Assembly: GCA_963674965.2 (NCBI GenBank) | Contig: CAXXFL010000002.1 | Span: forward strand, 608,001 to 672,000 | From: a bacterium | GTDB taxonomy: Bacteria > RBG-13-61-14 > DATKZS01 | Length of the DNA: 64,000 bases | Reading direction: 5' to 3' | In this document: positions 27,766 through 37,483 of the stretch, in pieces | How positions within the stretch are numbered: the stretch's first letter is position 1 | Layout of the letters: the number at the start of each line of letters is the position of its first letter | Notes under the pieces: model-generated | What the model saw: the letters and a program-made list of their open reading frames with translations, nothing else | Database searches by the model: none | Told to the model about the DNA's origin: nothing | Position numbers and translations under genes: made by a program

Positions 27766-28626
27766 ATGCGCGTTGGTTTTTTTGGGGTGGGCCTGATGGG
27801 AGCCCCCATGGTCGAGCGGCTCGCCATGGGCGGACACGAGGTCATGGTCTTCAACCGCACTCGGGACAAGGCCGAGGCGATAAGGAACGGCAAAGTATCC
27901 GCGGCTGGCTCGCCTTTGGAGGCCGTTCGTTTCGGGGAATGCATCATCCTCATGCTGGCCGACTTCACGGCCATCGATGAGACCCTGCTTCGGCCCGAGT
28001 GCCTGGAGGCGTTGAAGGACAAGTCCGTCATCCAGATGGGAACCATCTCGCCGGGGCAGAGCCTGGAGGCGGACGAAAAGGTCAGGGCCGCCGGCGGCAG
28101 GTACCTCGAGTGCCCGGTGCTGGGCAGCATCGGCCAGGCGAGGTCCGGGACCCTGCTCCTTATGGCGGGCGGAGACGAGGAAGTCTTTCTGGACCTGAAG
28201 TGGATTCTCGATCGCTTCGGTCCGTCCCCCAGGCTGATAGGGCCCGTGGGCCACGGCGCCGCCATCAAGCTGGCCATGAACCAACTCATCGCCGCCCATA
28301 TGGCGGCCTTTTCCCTGTCCCTCGGTTATATTCAAAAGAGCGGCGTCGATCTCGACAAGTTCCTGTCCATACTCAGGGAAAGCGCCCTTAACGCCAAGAT
28401 GTTCGACAACAAGCTGCCCCGGCTTCTGGAAAGGAAATACGACAACCCCAACTTTCCCGCCAAGCACCTTCTAAAAGACGTTGACCTTTTCCTGGGCGAG
28501 GCCCAAAAAAGCGGGCTCGACGCGGCGGCCCTGGCGGCGATCAAGGGCATCCTGGAAAAGACGATCGACTCCGGCGGGGGGGAGGACGACTACTCGAGCG
28601 TTTTCGAGAGAATATTTTCCGGTTGA
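27766..28626 (+). CDS. NAD(P)-dependent 3-hydroxyisobutyrate dehydrogenase family oxidoreductase
   Basis: GVGLMG, FNRT, ECPVLGS, KLAMN and HLLKD. Confidence 0.9.
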   Translation: MRVGFFGVGLMGAPMVERLAMGGHEVMVFNRTRDKAEAIRNGKVSAAGSPLEAVRFGECIILMLADFTAIDETLLRPECLEALKDKSVIQMGTISPGQSLEADEKVRAAGGRYLECPVLGSIGQARSGTLLLMAGGDEEVFLDLKWILDRFGPSPRLIGPVGHGAAIKLAMNQLIAAHMAAFSLSLGYIQKSGVDLDKFLSILRESALNAKMFDNKLPRLLERKYDNPNFPAKHLLKDVDLFLGEAQKSGLDAAALAAIKGILEKTIDSGGGEDDYSSVFERIFSG

Positions 28627-28730
28627 TCCATCCGCGCTTTACTCCTCACTTTATCGGAGCATGATAGCTAAACGGATGTATATACGAACGCCGTAAAATC
28701 GCCGCGATTAAATTTTTCTCGAAAAACATC

Positions 28731-28759
28731 TTGACAGCATTTACCATATTTGGTAATAT
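28731..28759 (+). promoter_or_regulatory. Sigma70 promoter of xerD with a palindrome in the spacer
   Basis: TTGACA-17 bp-TAATAT, containing TTACCA-TATT-TGGTAA (28741-28756). Confidence 0.65.
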
Positions 28760-28784
28760 GTAAAGCGGCCACGAATTTAATCTA

Positions 28785-29693
28785 ATGTTCTCAAGCGGAG
28801 GCTCAAAAGTGGAAATGGAATACGTGGACGAGTATTTGAATCACCTTGTGGTTGAACGCGGACTTTCGATGAACTCGGTGGAGGCATATTCACATGACCT
28901 CTGCCGTTTTTTTTCCTGGCTCCCCGGCAAGGACCCCGAGAAGGTCGAGGCCGAGGACCTTCGAAAGTTCATGGCCTGGCTCAGGCGTGACGGTTTGTCC
29001 GCAAGGTCCGTGGCTCGCGCCATGTCCGGCGTGAGAGGTTATTTTCGCTATCTCCTCGAGGAGGAGTTGATCGACGAGGACCCGACCGAGCTTCTTGATC
29101 GTCCCAAACTTGGCAGGACCCTTCCCGGGTGCCTCAGCAGGGAGGACATGGAGCGTCTTCTCGACGTTCCCGACCAGCACAACGCCGAGGGCATAAGGGA
29201 CAGGGCCATGCTCGAGCTCCTTTACGGAGCGGGCATGAGGGTTTCGGAACTCGTGCGCATCGCGATCAACGACGTGGACCTTGGCGCCGGCGTGGTCAGG
29301 CTCTACGGCAAGGGATCGAAGGAAAGACTGGTTCCCGTCGGGGACGTGGCGGTCAAGAGGGTCGCGCGTTACATGCGGGAAGTCAGGCCCGGCTTCATGC
29401 GCAACGGCGTGGCCGACGAGCTTTTCCTCTCGAGACGCGGCAAGGCCCTCACGCGGCAGGCCGTTTGGTACAGGATCAAGCGGCACTGCGAGTCGGCCAA
29501 CATCAGCAGGAAGGTCTCTCCCCACACCTTCCGCCACAGCTTCGCCACCCACATGCTCGAGGGTGGGGCGGACCTGAGGTCGGTCCAGGCCATGCTGGGC
29601 CACTCGGACATCTCCACCACCCAGATTTACACGCACATCGACAGGCAAAGGCTTAGAAAGGAATACGATAAGTATCATCCCCGCGCGGGTTGA
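28785..29693 (+). CDS. xerD: Site-specific tyrosine recombinase XerD
   Basis: ERGLSMNSVEAY, RDRAMLELLYGAGMRVSEL, HTFRHSFATH, LGHSDISTTQIYTH and HPRA. Confidence 0.92.
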   Translation: MFSSGGSKVEMEYVDEYLNHLVVERGLSMNSVEAYSHDLCRFFSWLPGKDPEKVEAEDLRKFMAWLRRDGLSARSVARAMSGVRGYFRYLLEEELIDEDPTELLDRPKLGRTLPGCLSREDMERLLDVPDQHNAEGIRDRAMLELLYGAGMRVSELVRIAINDVDLGAGVVRLYGKGSKERLVPVGDVAVKRVARYMREVRPGFMRNGVADELFLSRRGKALTRQAVWYRIKRHCESANISRKVSPHTFRHSFATHMLEGGADLRSVQAMLGHSDISTTQIYTHIDRQRLRKEYDKYHPRAG

Positions 29694-29743
29694 TATAGTG
29701 GTTGAATACGCTCTCACGTCAAAAAACCACCCTAACCAAGCCA

Positions 29744-29769
29744 GAGGCCCGGCGAATACGTCGGGCCTC
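29744..29769 (+). terminator. Stem-loop after xerD, probable terminator
   Basis: GAGGCCCGGCG-AATA-CGTCGGGCCTC followed by GAACTTTT. Confidence 0.5.
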
Positions 29770-29839
29770 GAACTTTTGCCTTGAGCGATGGCCCGCGTCG
29801 CAATAAAATAAGGTAAATCCGGGAAAGGAAGACCGAGCC

Positions 29840-30121
29840 ATGATAAACATCGAACTTACCGAGCATGAGCGGGACCTCATTCGTCTGTGGATCGAGAACG
29901 TGCAGATGGAAGGCCAGCACTGGGGCGACGGCATGGCCGTTTTCCCCGACGAAAAAATGGTTATAGACAAACTCGACAGGCCCGGCGGCCTGCGGTTCAC
30001 CAGGTTCCACCTCGAGCTGGTTCTCGATTGGGCCAAGTCCACTCACGGCAACGCCGCCTTTACGGTGGACGAGCTTAACCTGCTGGATAAAATCGGGAAG
30101 GCGCTGGCCGAGTCAAAATGA
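29840..30121 (+). CDS. Hypothetical protein (93 aa)
   Basis: Host-like codon usage; stop overlaps the start of the next gene. Confidence 0.65.
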   Translation: MINIELTEHERDLIRLWIENVQMEGQHWGDGMAVFPDEKMVIDKLDRPGGLRFTRFHLELVLDWAKSTHGNAAFTVDELNLLDKIGKALAESK

Positions 30122-31452
30122 AGTCGTCGATGAAAAAGGACGCGCTCCTCCTGGCCAGAAGGCTCCGGGAGGCGGGCTATGAGTCATACCTGGTCGGCGG
30201 CTGCGTTCGCGACGCCCTGATGGGCATAAGGCCCAAGGATTACGACATAGCCACCAGCGCTCTTCCCGGGGAGGTGATGGGGCTTTTTAAAAAGACCATA
30301 CCCGTGGGCGCCCAGTTCGGCGTGGTCATCGTACGCTTTCGGGGCCAAAACTACGAGGTCGCCACCTTCCGGGAGGAATGGGGATACGAGGACGGCAGAA
30401 GGCCCGATGGGGTCCGCTTCACCACGGCCAGGCAAGACGCGAAGAGACGGGACTTCACCATCAACGGCCTTTTCTACGACCCGGTGGAAGACAAGGTCAT
30501 CGACCACGTGGGCGGCCAAAGGGACTTGGAGCGCGGCGTGATCCGGGCCATCGGCGACCCTGACGCTCGCTTCGATGAGGACAAGCTGAGGATGCTTCGG
30601 GCGGTGAGGTTTTACGCCCGCCTCGGGTTCGGGATCGAGAAGAAAACGGCCGCGGCGATCAGGCAAAGGGCCGGGGAGATAAACCAGGTGAGCGCGGAAA
30701 GGGTAGGGGAGGAGATCGGAAGGGTCCTAACCCAGGGCGGCGCGGCCGGGGGGATACGGATGATGGACGAGCTTTTGCTACTCGAGCAAGTCCTGCCCGA
30801 GGTCAAGGCCATGAGGGGCGTCGAGCAGCCCGCGGCCTTTCACCCGGAGGGAGACGTGTTCGAGCACACCATGATCATGCTCGAGTCCATGAAGCCCCGC
30901 TACGGATCGCGTATCGAGTTCGCCATGGCCGTCCTGTTGCACGACGTGGGCAAGCCTCCCACCTTCGAGGTCTCGGACAGGATCAGGTTCAACGGCCACG
31001 CCTCGGTGGGCGAGAGGATGGCGGCCAAAATTATGAGGCGGCTTCGGTACCCGAACGAGAAGATATCCATAGTTAAGGAACTGGTGCGGGACCATCTGAA
31101 GTTTATCGACGTTCCCCGCATGAGGCCCTCCACGTTGAAGCGCTTTCTCAGGGCGGACCATTTCGACCTCCACCTCGAGCTTCACCGCCTCGACTGCCTG
31201 GCCAGCCACGGCGACCTCTCCAATTACCGCCTGTGCCGCTCGGCTCTCCGGGAGATGAAGGACGACGTGAAGAAACTCCGGCCGCCCCGCCTTATAAGCG
31301 GCGACGACCTCATCGATATGGGCCTCGCGCCGGGCCCTGACTTCAAGCTCATCCTGACGGCCGTGGAGGACGCCCAACTGGAAGGCCGCATTACCACCCG
31401 CGACGAGGCCCTGAACTTCGCGAGGGACTTTCATGTTCCAAGGGAAGAATAG
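30118..31452 (+). CDS. CCA tRNA nucleotidyltransferase / poly(A) polymerase family with HD domain
   Basis: VGGCVRD, DYDIAT, RRDFTIN, EDKLRMLRAVRF, HPEGDVFEHT and LLHDVGKP. Confidence 0.93.
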   Translation: MKSSMKKDALLLARRLREAGYESYLVGGCVRDALMGIRPKDYDIATSALPGEVMGLFKKTIPVGAQFGVVIVRFRGQNYEVATFREEWGYEDGRRPDGVRFTTARQDAKRRDFTINGLFYDPVEDKVIDHVGGQRDLERGVIRAIGDPDARFDEDKLRMLRAVRFYARLGFGIEKKTAAAIRQRAGEINQVSAERVGEEIGRVLTQGGAAGGIRMMDELLLLEQVLPEVKAMRGVEQPAAFHPEGDVFEHTMIMLESMKPRYGSRIEFAMAVLLHDVGKPPTFEVSDRIRFNGHASVGERMAAKIMRRLRYPNEKISIVKELVRDHLKFIDVPRMRPSTLKRFLRADHFDLHLELHRLDCLASHGDLSNYRLCRSALREMKDDVKKLRPPRLISGDDLIDMGLAPGPDFKLILTAVEDAQLEGRITTRDEALNFARDFHVPREE

Positions 31453-31513
31453 GTTTTAAATACATGGAGTAAAAAGTAATCGCGAGCCATCAATTTGCAT
31501 CACCTCTCAATAA

Positions 31514-31680
31514 CCCGAAGGGTGATATTTGAATAGCCGGAAGGTATTCCTATGAGACAAACGCCCCTGAAGGGGGCGGACAAGAAAGAGGTCCGACCCC
31601 CGCGGGGCCGAAATATCCATCCCATTCGTTCCGTAGGCCAATGGGCCTACGGCTATTCAAATCAGTCCCCCGCGGGGACA
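31514..31680. repeat. REP/BIME-like palindromic element between convergent genes
   Basis: IR TTTGAATAGCCG (31528-31539) / CGGCTATTCAAA (31650-31661), with several CCCC-n-GGGG mini-hairpins. Confidence 0.7.
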
Positions 31681-31710
31681 TGACGCATGACAATATTTAT
31701 CCGCTCGTTA

Positions 31711-32736
31711 CTATTCTGAATCCGGTTTCGCCTTTCCCTTCAAATCCTCCAGTTCTTTCATGGCCAGGGGCATGAAGATGAGGCCCACGCCTCCGCGGAA
31801 GATAAGCTTGACCGCGGGGATGAAGAGGGTGGCGGCGGCTATCTCCTCGGCCCCGCCGTACATGGAGAAGAAGGTTATCCAGGCCACGGTGGTGGTGCCG
31901 AACTGGCCGAAGGCGATGGGCAGGGCGGATATGACCGACACCAGGGGAATGCAAAAAAGGAAATATAAAAATGGCACGCGAATCCCAAAGGCGTGGGCCA
32001 CGAGGTATAGACCCATCAGGCTGACCAATATGGCGGGAAGGGTGTAAAGCCATCCCAGCAGCCAGTGGATTGGCCGGGCATTACGGAAGGCTTGCCAGAA
32101 GTCTCCCTTGTAATTCACGGAAAGCCTCTCCATAAAAAGGCCCTTGCCGCGAAGGGACAGAAGACCGAACTCGATCATAAAGATAATGATCAGGATAAAA
32201 AGAGGTCCCCACAGGCCCAGGTTCAACTCCGGAATCTGATCGCGCCGGAATAAAGCAACGTAAACCATTACCAAAAGGAAAAAAGAGCAAACGCCGAAAA
32301 TGGCCATGCACACCCGCCAGAAAAGAAGACCCGCCTGCCGGCTGGGAGTAATGCCCGTCTTGCGCATGAAATACAGGAACACCCCGCCCGCGGCGAAGGT
32401 AATGTTGACCATGGTTAAAAGGTAGGCGGCGGCCTTGATAAAAAAATAGTCCTTAAAGGGAACGGGCTTGTCGAACCACTTGAAGCTTCTGGTGGTAAAG
32501 GCGGCGTCGGTGGTCCAGAAGACGAGAAGGGGAAAGGTCGCGCCAAGCAGGGCGAGAAGTTTGTCGGACTCGTCCCAGGCCTTTTTCAGCTTGTCCCATT
32601 CCACGTCGTCCAGGCTGTAATACAAGATAGCCGCTGACACGGCCATGGTGATAATACGCATGGCCCACCGTGAAGCCGTTTTCTTGAAGCCCGCTTTTTG
32701 CTCTTTCTCCTCGGGTTTTTGTTCCTGATCTTCCAT
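31711..32736 (-). CDS. Lysylphosphatidylglycerol synthase TM (flippase-like) domain protein
   Basis: About 8 TMs and an ISALPIAFGQFGT motif. Start set at MEDQEQ to avoid overlap with the divergent gene. Confidence 0.75.
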   Translation of the reverse strand: MEDQEQKPEEKEQKAGFKKTASRWAMRIITMAVSAAILYYSLDDVEWDKLKKAWDESDKLLALLGATFPLLVFWTTDAAFTTRSFKWFDKPVPFKDYFFIKAAAYLLTMVNITFAAGGVFLYFMRKTGITPSRQAGLLFWRVCMAIFGVCSFFLLVMVYVALFRRDQIPELNLGLWGPLFILIIIFMIEFGLLSLRGKGLFMERLSVNYKGDFWQAFRNARPIHWLLGWLYTLPAILVSLMGLYLVAHAFGIRVPFLYFLFCIPLVSVISALPIAFGQFGTTTVAWITFFSMYGGAEEIAAATLFIPAVKLIFRGGVGLIFMPLAMKELEDLKGKAKPDSE

Positions 32737-32857
32737 CACCTTTGCTTTCGGGCGTACATTATGGGGCACGCGTCGGCGTCGGTCAAGGCGCGACAAAAAG
32801 CCGTAATGTTTGACAAAAGGGGAGTACTCCAATAAATTGGGAGCGCGGGAGGTCCCA

Positions 32858-34444
32858 ATGCCGCCGAGAGTTCTTTTATCATCGGTTTTCAAGCCCTTTG
32901 CCATAGATGGCGTTTACGGCCGGGCCGATTCCAAAATCGAGCTTTACCACAACCAGATAACCAAGTATCAGGGCGTTTTTTCCATGCGCTCCTTTATGAA
33001 CTCCTTCGGGCTTCACGCCATTGCCAACAATATCGAGGTCCCCACCACGGTGCTGGATTTTCCCACCCTCGAGAGGTTCCGAAGAGAAGTTAAAAAAGGC
33101 TACGATATCGTGGGCATAGGCTCGATCATGCCCAACTTCCAGAAGGCCAAGCGCATGATCGAGGAAACGCGCGAGTTGTCACCCAAGTCCACGGTCGTGC
33201 TGGGCGGATTCTGCGCCACGGCCCCCAAGGTCAAGGAGGTCATGGGTCCGGACTACGTTTGTCGGGGCGAAGGCATAAGCTTCATGCGCGACCTTCTTGG
33301 TCTTTCGCCGGAATTCGAGTTCAAAAACCCCGACGTGTATCACGAGGACAGGGAAATTTTGGGCGTGCCCGTGCGCGGCGTCAAGTACCCGCATATATGC
33401 GTCGGCCTGGGTTGCTCTTACGGGTGCGAGTTCTGCTCGCCCAGTCATTTCTTTGGCAGGAAACACCTTAAGTTCTTTACCTCGGGCGACGCCCTTTTCG
33501 AGGAGATGGTCCGGGTAAAGAGGAAATTCAAAACCAACGTGGTCAGTTTCATTGGTGACGACAACTTCCTTCTGGACCGGAAGAGGGCGGACGAGCTTCA
33601 TCGCCGGGTCGTTGAAAGCGGCGAAATCTTCAATATCTTCCTTTTCGGATCGGCGGACCTGGCCGAGAAGTTTGGTCCCGAAAGGCTGGCCGAAATGGGG
33701 GTCGGTCTCATCTGGATCGGCCGTGAAAGCAAGTTCCACGACTTCTCCAAGAACAAGCGGACCGATATAAAGGAACTGGTCTCCGAGCTGAAGAAATACG
33801 GGATCAAGACCATCCTCAGTTCGATCCTCCTGGTGGACGACCATACCAGGGAAAACATTATGGAGGACGTGGACGAGCATATAGAGTGCGCGCCCGCCTT
33901 CAGCCAGTTCTCCCTTTATGCTCCGGTTCCGGGCACTCCTCTTTACGACAGGCTGAGCGAGGAGGGCAGGATACTCACGGCCATCCCCTTCGAGGAATGG
34001 CACGCCTTCAAGCAACCCTGGTTCGTGCATCCCGAGTTCAACCTGGTCGAGGCGGAGAAGGCCCAGGAGCGGGCCTATGTGCGGGACTTCCACGAACTGG
34101 GCCCTTCGACCATGAGGTTCATCCAGGTCGAACTCGAGGGCTGGAAAAATCTTGGAAAGTCATCCAAGCCCCATCTTAGGAAAAGGGCCGAATCGGTGGC
34201 GGGCCAAGCCTGGAAATACCGGGCCATCCTGCGGGCCATCGAGAAACTGGTTCCCACCGATGAGATGCGGGCCATGGCTCGGGCCACGAGGGATGAATTG
34301 GAAGACGCCTTTGGCAAGACGACCTTTTTAGAGGAATCCATATCTCAGGGTCTTTTCATTTCCGGCCGAGTCCGCCAGGCCCGGACGCGGCTGTGGGGAG
34401 ACGCTCTCCAGCCGCCGACCAGGGTGGTGGAGTATAACCAATAG
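32858..34444 (+). CDS. B12-binding domain radical SAM protein
   Basis: VVLGG...GEG B12-binding region, GCSYGCEFC, DDNF and PVPGTPLY. GGAGG RBS before MPPRV. Confidence 0.9.
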   Translation: MPPRVLLSSVFKPFAIDGVYGRADSKIELYHNQITKYQGVFSMRSFMNSFGLHAIANNIEVPTTVLDFPTLERFRREVKKGYDIVGIGSIMPNFQKAKRMIEETRELSPKSTVVLGGFCATAPKVKEVMGPDYVCRGEGISFMRDLLGLSPEFEFKNPDVYHEDREILGVPVRGVKYPHICVGLGCSYGCEFCSPSHFFGRKHLKFFTSGDALFEEMVRVKRKFKTNVVSFIGDDNFLLDRKRADELHRRVVESGEIFNIFLFGSADLAEKFGPERLAEMGVGLIWIGRESKFHDFSKNKRTDIKELVSELKKYGIKTILSSILLVDDHTRENIMEDVDEHIECAPAFSQFSLYAPVPGTPLYDRLSEEGRILTAIPFEEWHAFKQPWFVHPEFNLVEAEKAQERAYVRDFHELGPSTMRFIQVELEGWKNLGKSSKPHLRKRAESVAGQAWKYRAILRAIEKLVPTDEMRAMARATRDELEDAFGKTTFLEESISQGLFISGRVRQARTRLWGDALQPPTRVVEYNQ

Positions 34445-34594
34445 GGCGCTTTGGCGGTTATGTTAAATCGGTAGCGCGTAGTTTACATAATTCACGCGCT
34501 TGTGTATATTAGAAACGACGGTAACGGTAAAGAAATTAATATGAATTGACGGGCGCCACCGTTCAATTCAGGCAGCCGGAAAAGGAGGGCCCAA

Positions 34595-34777
34595 ATGGCC
34601 AAGGAAGCCGAATGTCCCGTGTGCAACGCCTACATCCCCATCGATCCGGGGACAAAGCCGGGCGACCAGGTTTACTGCTCTTATTGCGGAGCCCAACTCA
34701 CCATCGAACCGGACGCGGAAGAGGAAAAAGAGGGCGACGAGGACGAATACGTCCCTCTGCGTGAGGATTGGGACTGA
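34595..34777 (+). CDS. LysW-like small acidic zinc-ribbon protein
   Basis: CPVC...CSYC, acidic tail ending EDWD, and strong RBS AAGGAGG. Confidence 0.75.
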   Translation: MAKEAECPVCNAYIPIDPGTKPGDQVYCSYCGAQLTIEPDAEEEKEGDEDEYVPLREDWD

Positions 34778-34805
34778 GACGAATAAACTGAACGGATGAT
34801 TGTGG

Positions 34806-35189
34806 TCAGGTTTTCAGATTAACGAAGGTGTCGATGGCCTGCTGGCATTTTTTCTCAACCTTGGTGAACTTGACGCCCATGCCCGAGGGGAACTCCTGAT
34901 CGGAGGTCAGTTTCTGCACCCTTACGATGCTCCCCTCGATCTCGATTTCATCCATGCCCGGGAGGGTGAAGATGAGCTTGACCATGGTACCTTTGGGCAA
35001 AGGCTCGGTAGCCTTGATGAATATGCCGCCTATGCTTATATTGCTTGCCTGATAATAGGTGAAAGTCCCGCTGGTTACGTTCGTCACCTTAACCGTTATG
35101 GGAACGCGCGGGTATTTTCTCCTCTCGGAGGTGGCCGTATAATAGCCGATCCTGAAGCGGTTGAGTACGCCTTTTAGCTTTTCAAACAT
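34806..35189 (-). CDS. PilZ-domain protein
   Basis: ERRKYPR, NISIGG and GMGVKF. Confidence 0.9.
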   Translation of the reverse strand: MFEKLKGVLNRFRIGYYTATSERRKYPRVPITVKVTNVTSGTFTYYQASNISIGGIFIKATEPLPKGTMVKLIFTLPGMDEIEIEGSIVRVQKLTSDQEFPSGMGVKFTKVEKKCQQAIDTFVNLKT

Positions 35190-35361
35190 TTTATAAACCT
35201 GTCCCTTGTCTTGGCCATGGAAGGCCGGCTCGATAAAGATTTTCACGTGCCATGATGGCTGGTGCAAGGACAAGGAAAAAATCTTCCTCCCACCTTGGAA
35301 ACCCAGTATTTTCAGATATTTTTATTTTTTAACATAATATATCTTATGCGAACTTATTAAT

Positions 35362-36492
35362 TCAGGGCCAGAGCCTGACAAGACCCTTGTTGTCAACGAA
35401 TACAAATCCATCGGCTCCCACCGGCTCCGCCCCCCGGCTTACGCGGGAAAGAAAACGCCTCGAGTAAATCAGCTCTCCCGTTTCCTTGTCGAGCACGGCC
35501 AGTTTGCCGCCGTGAGTTACCGTCACTATCCGGCCGCCGGAGACGACCGGCTTGGTGGGAGTACGAAGGTACCCGGACTTGAGCTTGCCGCCAAATAAGG
35601 AGGTCTTCCATATCTTTTTACCGGTGGCCTTGTCATAAGCGATTATCTCACCCGAGTCGGACGCGGCGTAAAGCATGGAGTCGTCGGCGGAGCAACCCGA
35701 GGCGCTGCCTTCCTTATCGAGCCAGAAAACCTTGCCGGTCTTACGGCTGAGGGCCGCGACTCCGCCGGCGTTTCCAACCACGTAAACCTGGGTATCGTCA
35801 ACGGCCGGCGCTGAATCGACGTCGTTAAAAAGAGAATCGGAAAAAATCTTGGTCTTCCAGACCACCCTTCCGTTACCAAGCTCGAGGGCCGCCGCCGAGC
35901 CTCCCGATAGGCCCACGAAGATGACGCCGCCGTCTATGACGGGCCGGGACATTCCCTGCAGGGCCAAGTCGTCGAAACGAAGATGCTGAGACTCCCAGGC
36001 CCACTCTCCCGTTTCGGCGTTCAAAGCGACCAACTTGTCCGAGGCGGTCTGAAAAACGACCAGACCATCGCCGACGGCCGGAGCGGAAAAGTCGATGGTC
36101 ATAAAGTCTCGATCCCATTTTTGCGCGCCGTCATACATATCCATGCAATGGAATTTGCCGTCATCGCCGCCAACGAAAATAAGATTGTCCATGACCGCCG
36201 GCCTCGAGACCGGAGCGAAATCAAGGTCGATCTCATTTAGTGAATTCCCATTTAAATCGGTAACAAGAATCTTTTTCCTCGAAGTTACAAAAACTATTTT
36301 ATCCTCGAGGGCCAAAGGCTTTCCCCTCTCGGGATTTACGTATTTAGATCTTATACGGGTGATTTGCCGCTCGAGCCCAAAGGTTTTAGGGTTATCGTAG
36401 TACTCATCGCCGGCGGCCAGACCAGACTGTCCAATAAGGAACAACGCCGCGGCCAGGATGGAGATCGAGATTATTTTTTTCATATTAAACAT
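35362..36492 (-). CDS. PQQ-like beta-propeller protein (BamB-like)
   Basis: Repeated ALNAETGEWAW-type blades and DVDSAP; lies downstream of a YfgM-like gene. Confidence 0.85.
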   Translation of the reverse strand: MFNMKKIISISILAAALFLIGQSGLAAGDEYYDNPKTFGLERQITRIRSKYVNPERGKPLALEDKIVFVTSRKKILVTDLNGNSLNEIDLDFAPVSRPAVMDNLIFVGGDDGKFHCMDMYDGAQKWDRDFMTIDFSAPAVGDGLVVFQTASDKLVALNAETGEWAWESQHLRFDDLALQGMSRPVIDGGVIFVGLSGGSAAALELGNGRVVWKTKIFSDSLFNDVDSAPAVDDTQVYVVGNAGGVAALSRKTGKVFWLDKEGSASGCSADDSMLYAASDSGEIIAYDKATGKKIWKTSLFGGKLKSGYLRTPTKPVVSGGRIVTVTHGGKLAVLDKETGELIYSRRFLSRVSRGAEPVGADGFVFVDNKGLVRLWP

Positions 36493-36503
36493 AGCCTTGG
36501 AAG

Positions 36504-37355
36504 CTATTCCGTGGACCCGTCCAAAGGCCCAACGCTATCGCCCGACGATTCGAGAGATTCGGAGCCGGCGGGAATATCATCGCTCGAACCGTCTTCCTCC
36601 GCCCCCGATGCTTTCTGTTTTTCCCAATAAGAAACAAGGTATTCGCGAGGATTGGACATCCAACTGTCAGGCAATGATTTTCCCATCTCATCCAGGGTCT
36701 TTTGGGCCGCTTCCGTGTCTCCTTTTTTGAATAATATTCGAGCCTTATTAAGGTAAGCGTCAGCTTGGAAGCCCGAGTCGGAACCTATCAGTTCATTGTA
36801 TTTGGCAAGGGCCCCGTCCAGATCGCCTTTTCGGTAAAGACACCTTGCCATGCCATCGATAGCCGCGTTTTTAAAGCCGGGATCCGCGGTATTGGCCAGC
36901 TTTGAATCGGAGAATCTTTTGTAATAATCGATAGCTTTGTCGTATTCCTCGACTTTTTCATAAGAAGAAGCAAGATAGAAAAGCCCCATTTGCCCTTCCG
37001 TTGAGTTCTTTTCGCTATCCACAAAAGTCCCCAGGGTCTCGACCAGGGCGTCGTGCTTATCTTTTTCGCTTCTATAGGAGTTCACGGAGCCGGGGAAATA
37101 TCCGGGGTCTTCTTCAATGACGCGAGCGTTAATAATTTCCATGGCGGCCGCGAACTCTTCAGCCGGCTTGTCCGACCTTGCCTTGATGCTTTTAACGCTG
37201 AACTGGATGATAAGCACCAGCGCGATGATTCCCGCGATGGCCGCCGCCGCCGTGAGAAAATTTTCCTCCAGCCACTCGTAGGCGCGTTCTCCAAAGCTGA
37301 TGAACTCGTCCGGCTGCTTGATCTGCTTTCTGGACATCTTGATTTTTTTGGCCAT
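36504..37355 (-). CDS. YfgM-like membrane-anchored TPR protein
   Basis: RKQIKQPDEF N-terminus, one TM and TPR helices. Confidence 0.8.
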   Translation of the reverse strand: MAKKIKMSRKQIKQPDEFISFGERAYEWLEENFLTAAAAIAGIIALVLIIQFSVKSIKARSDKPAEEFAAAMEIINARVIEEDPGYFPGSVNSYRSEKDKHDALVETLGTFVDSEKNSTEGQMGLFYLASSYEKVEEYDKAIDYYKRFSDSKLANTADPGFKNAAIDGMARCLYRKGDLDGALAKYNELIGSDSGFQADAYLNKARILFKKGDTEAAQKTLDEMGKSLPDSWMSNPREYLVSYWEKQKASGAEEDGSSDDIPAGSESLESSGDSVGPLDGSTE

Positions 37356-37483
37356 TAGTCGAAATCTCCCCCTGACCTGTTGATGGATAATAAAACCACG
37401 CTATTTTACATCATATTCGCCGTTTGTTAAAGTATTGTTTTTGGCTTTTGCAAAAAGCATGGCCACGTTATTTTAATCCTTTT

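Noticed and set aside
28785-29693. Tyrosine recombinase as an integrase for the repeat array or a prophage
   Set aside because: The sequence is a typical chromosomal XerD without the IntI insertion, lies among housekeeping genes about 12 kb away, and has no phage genes nearby.
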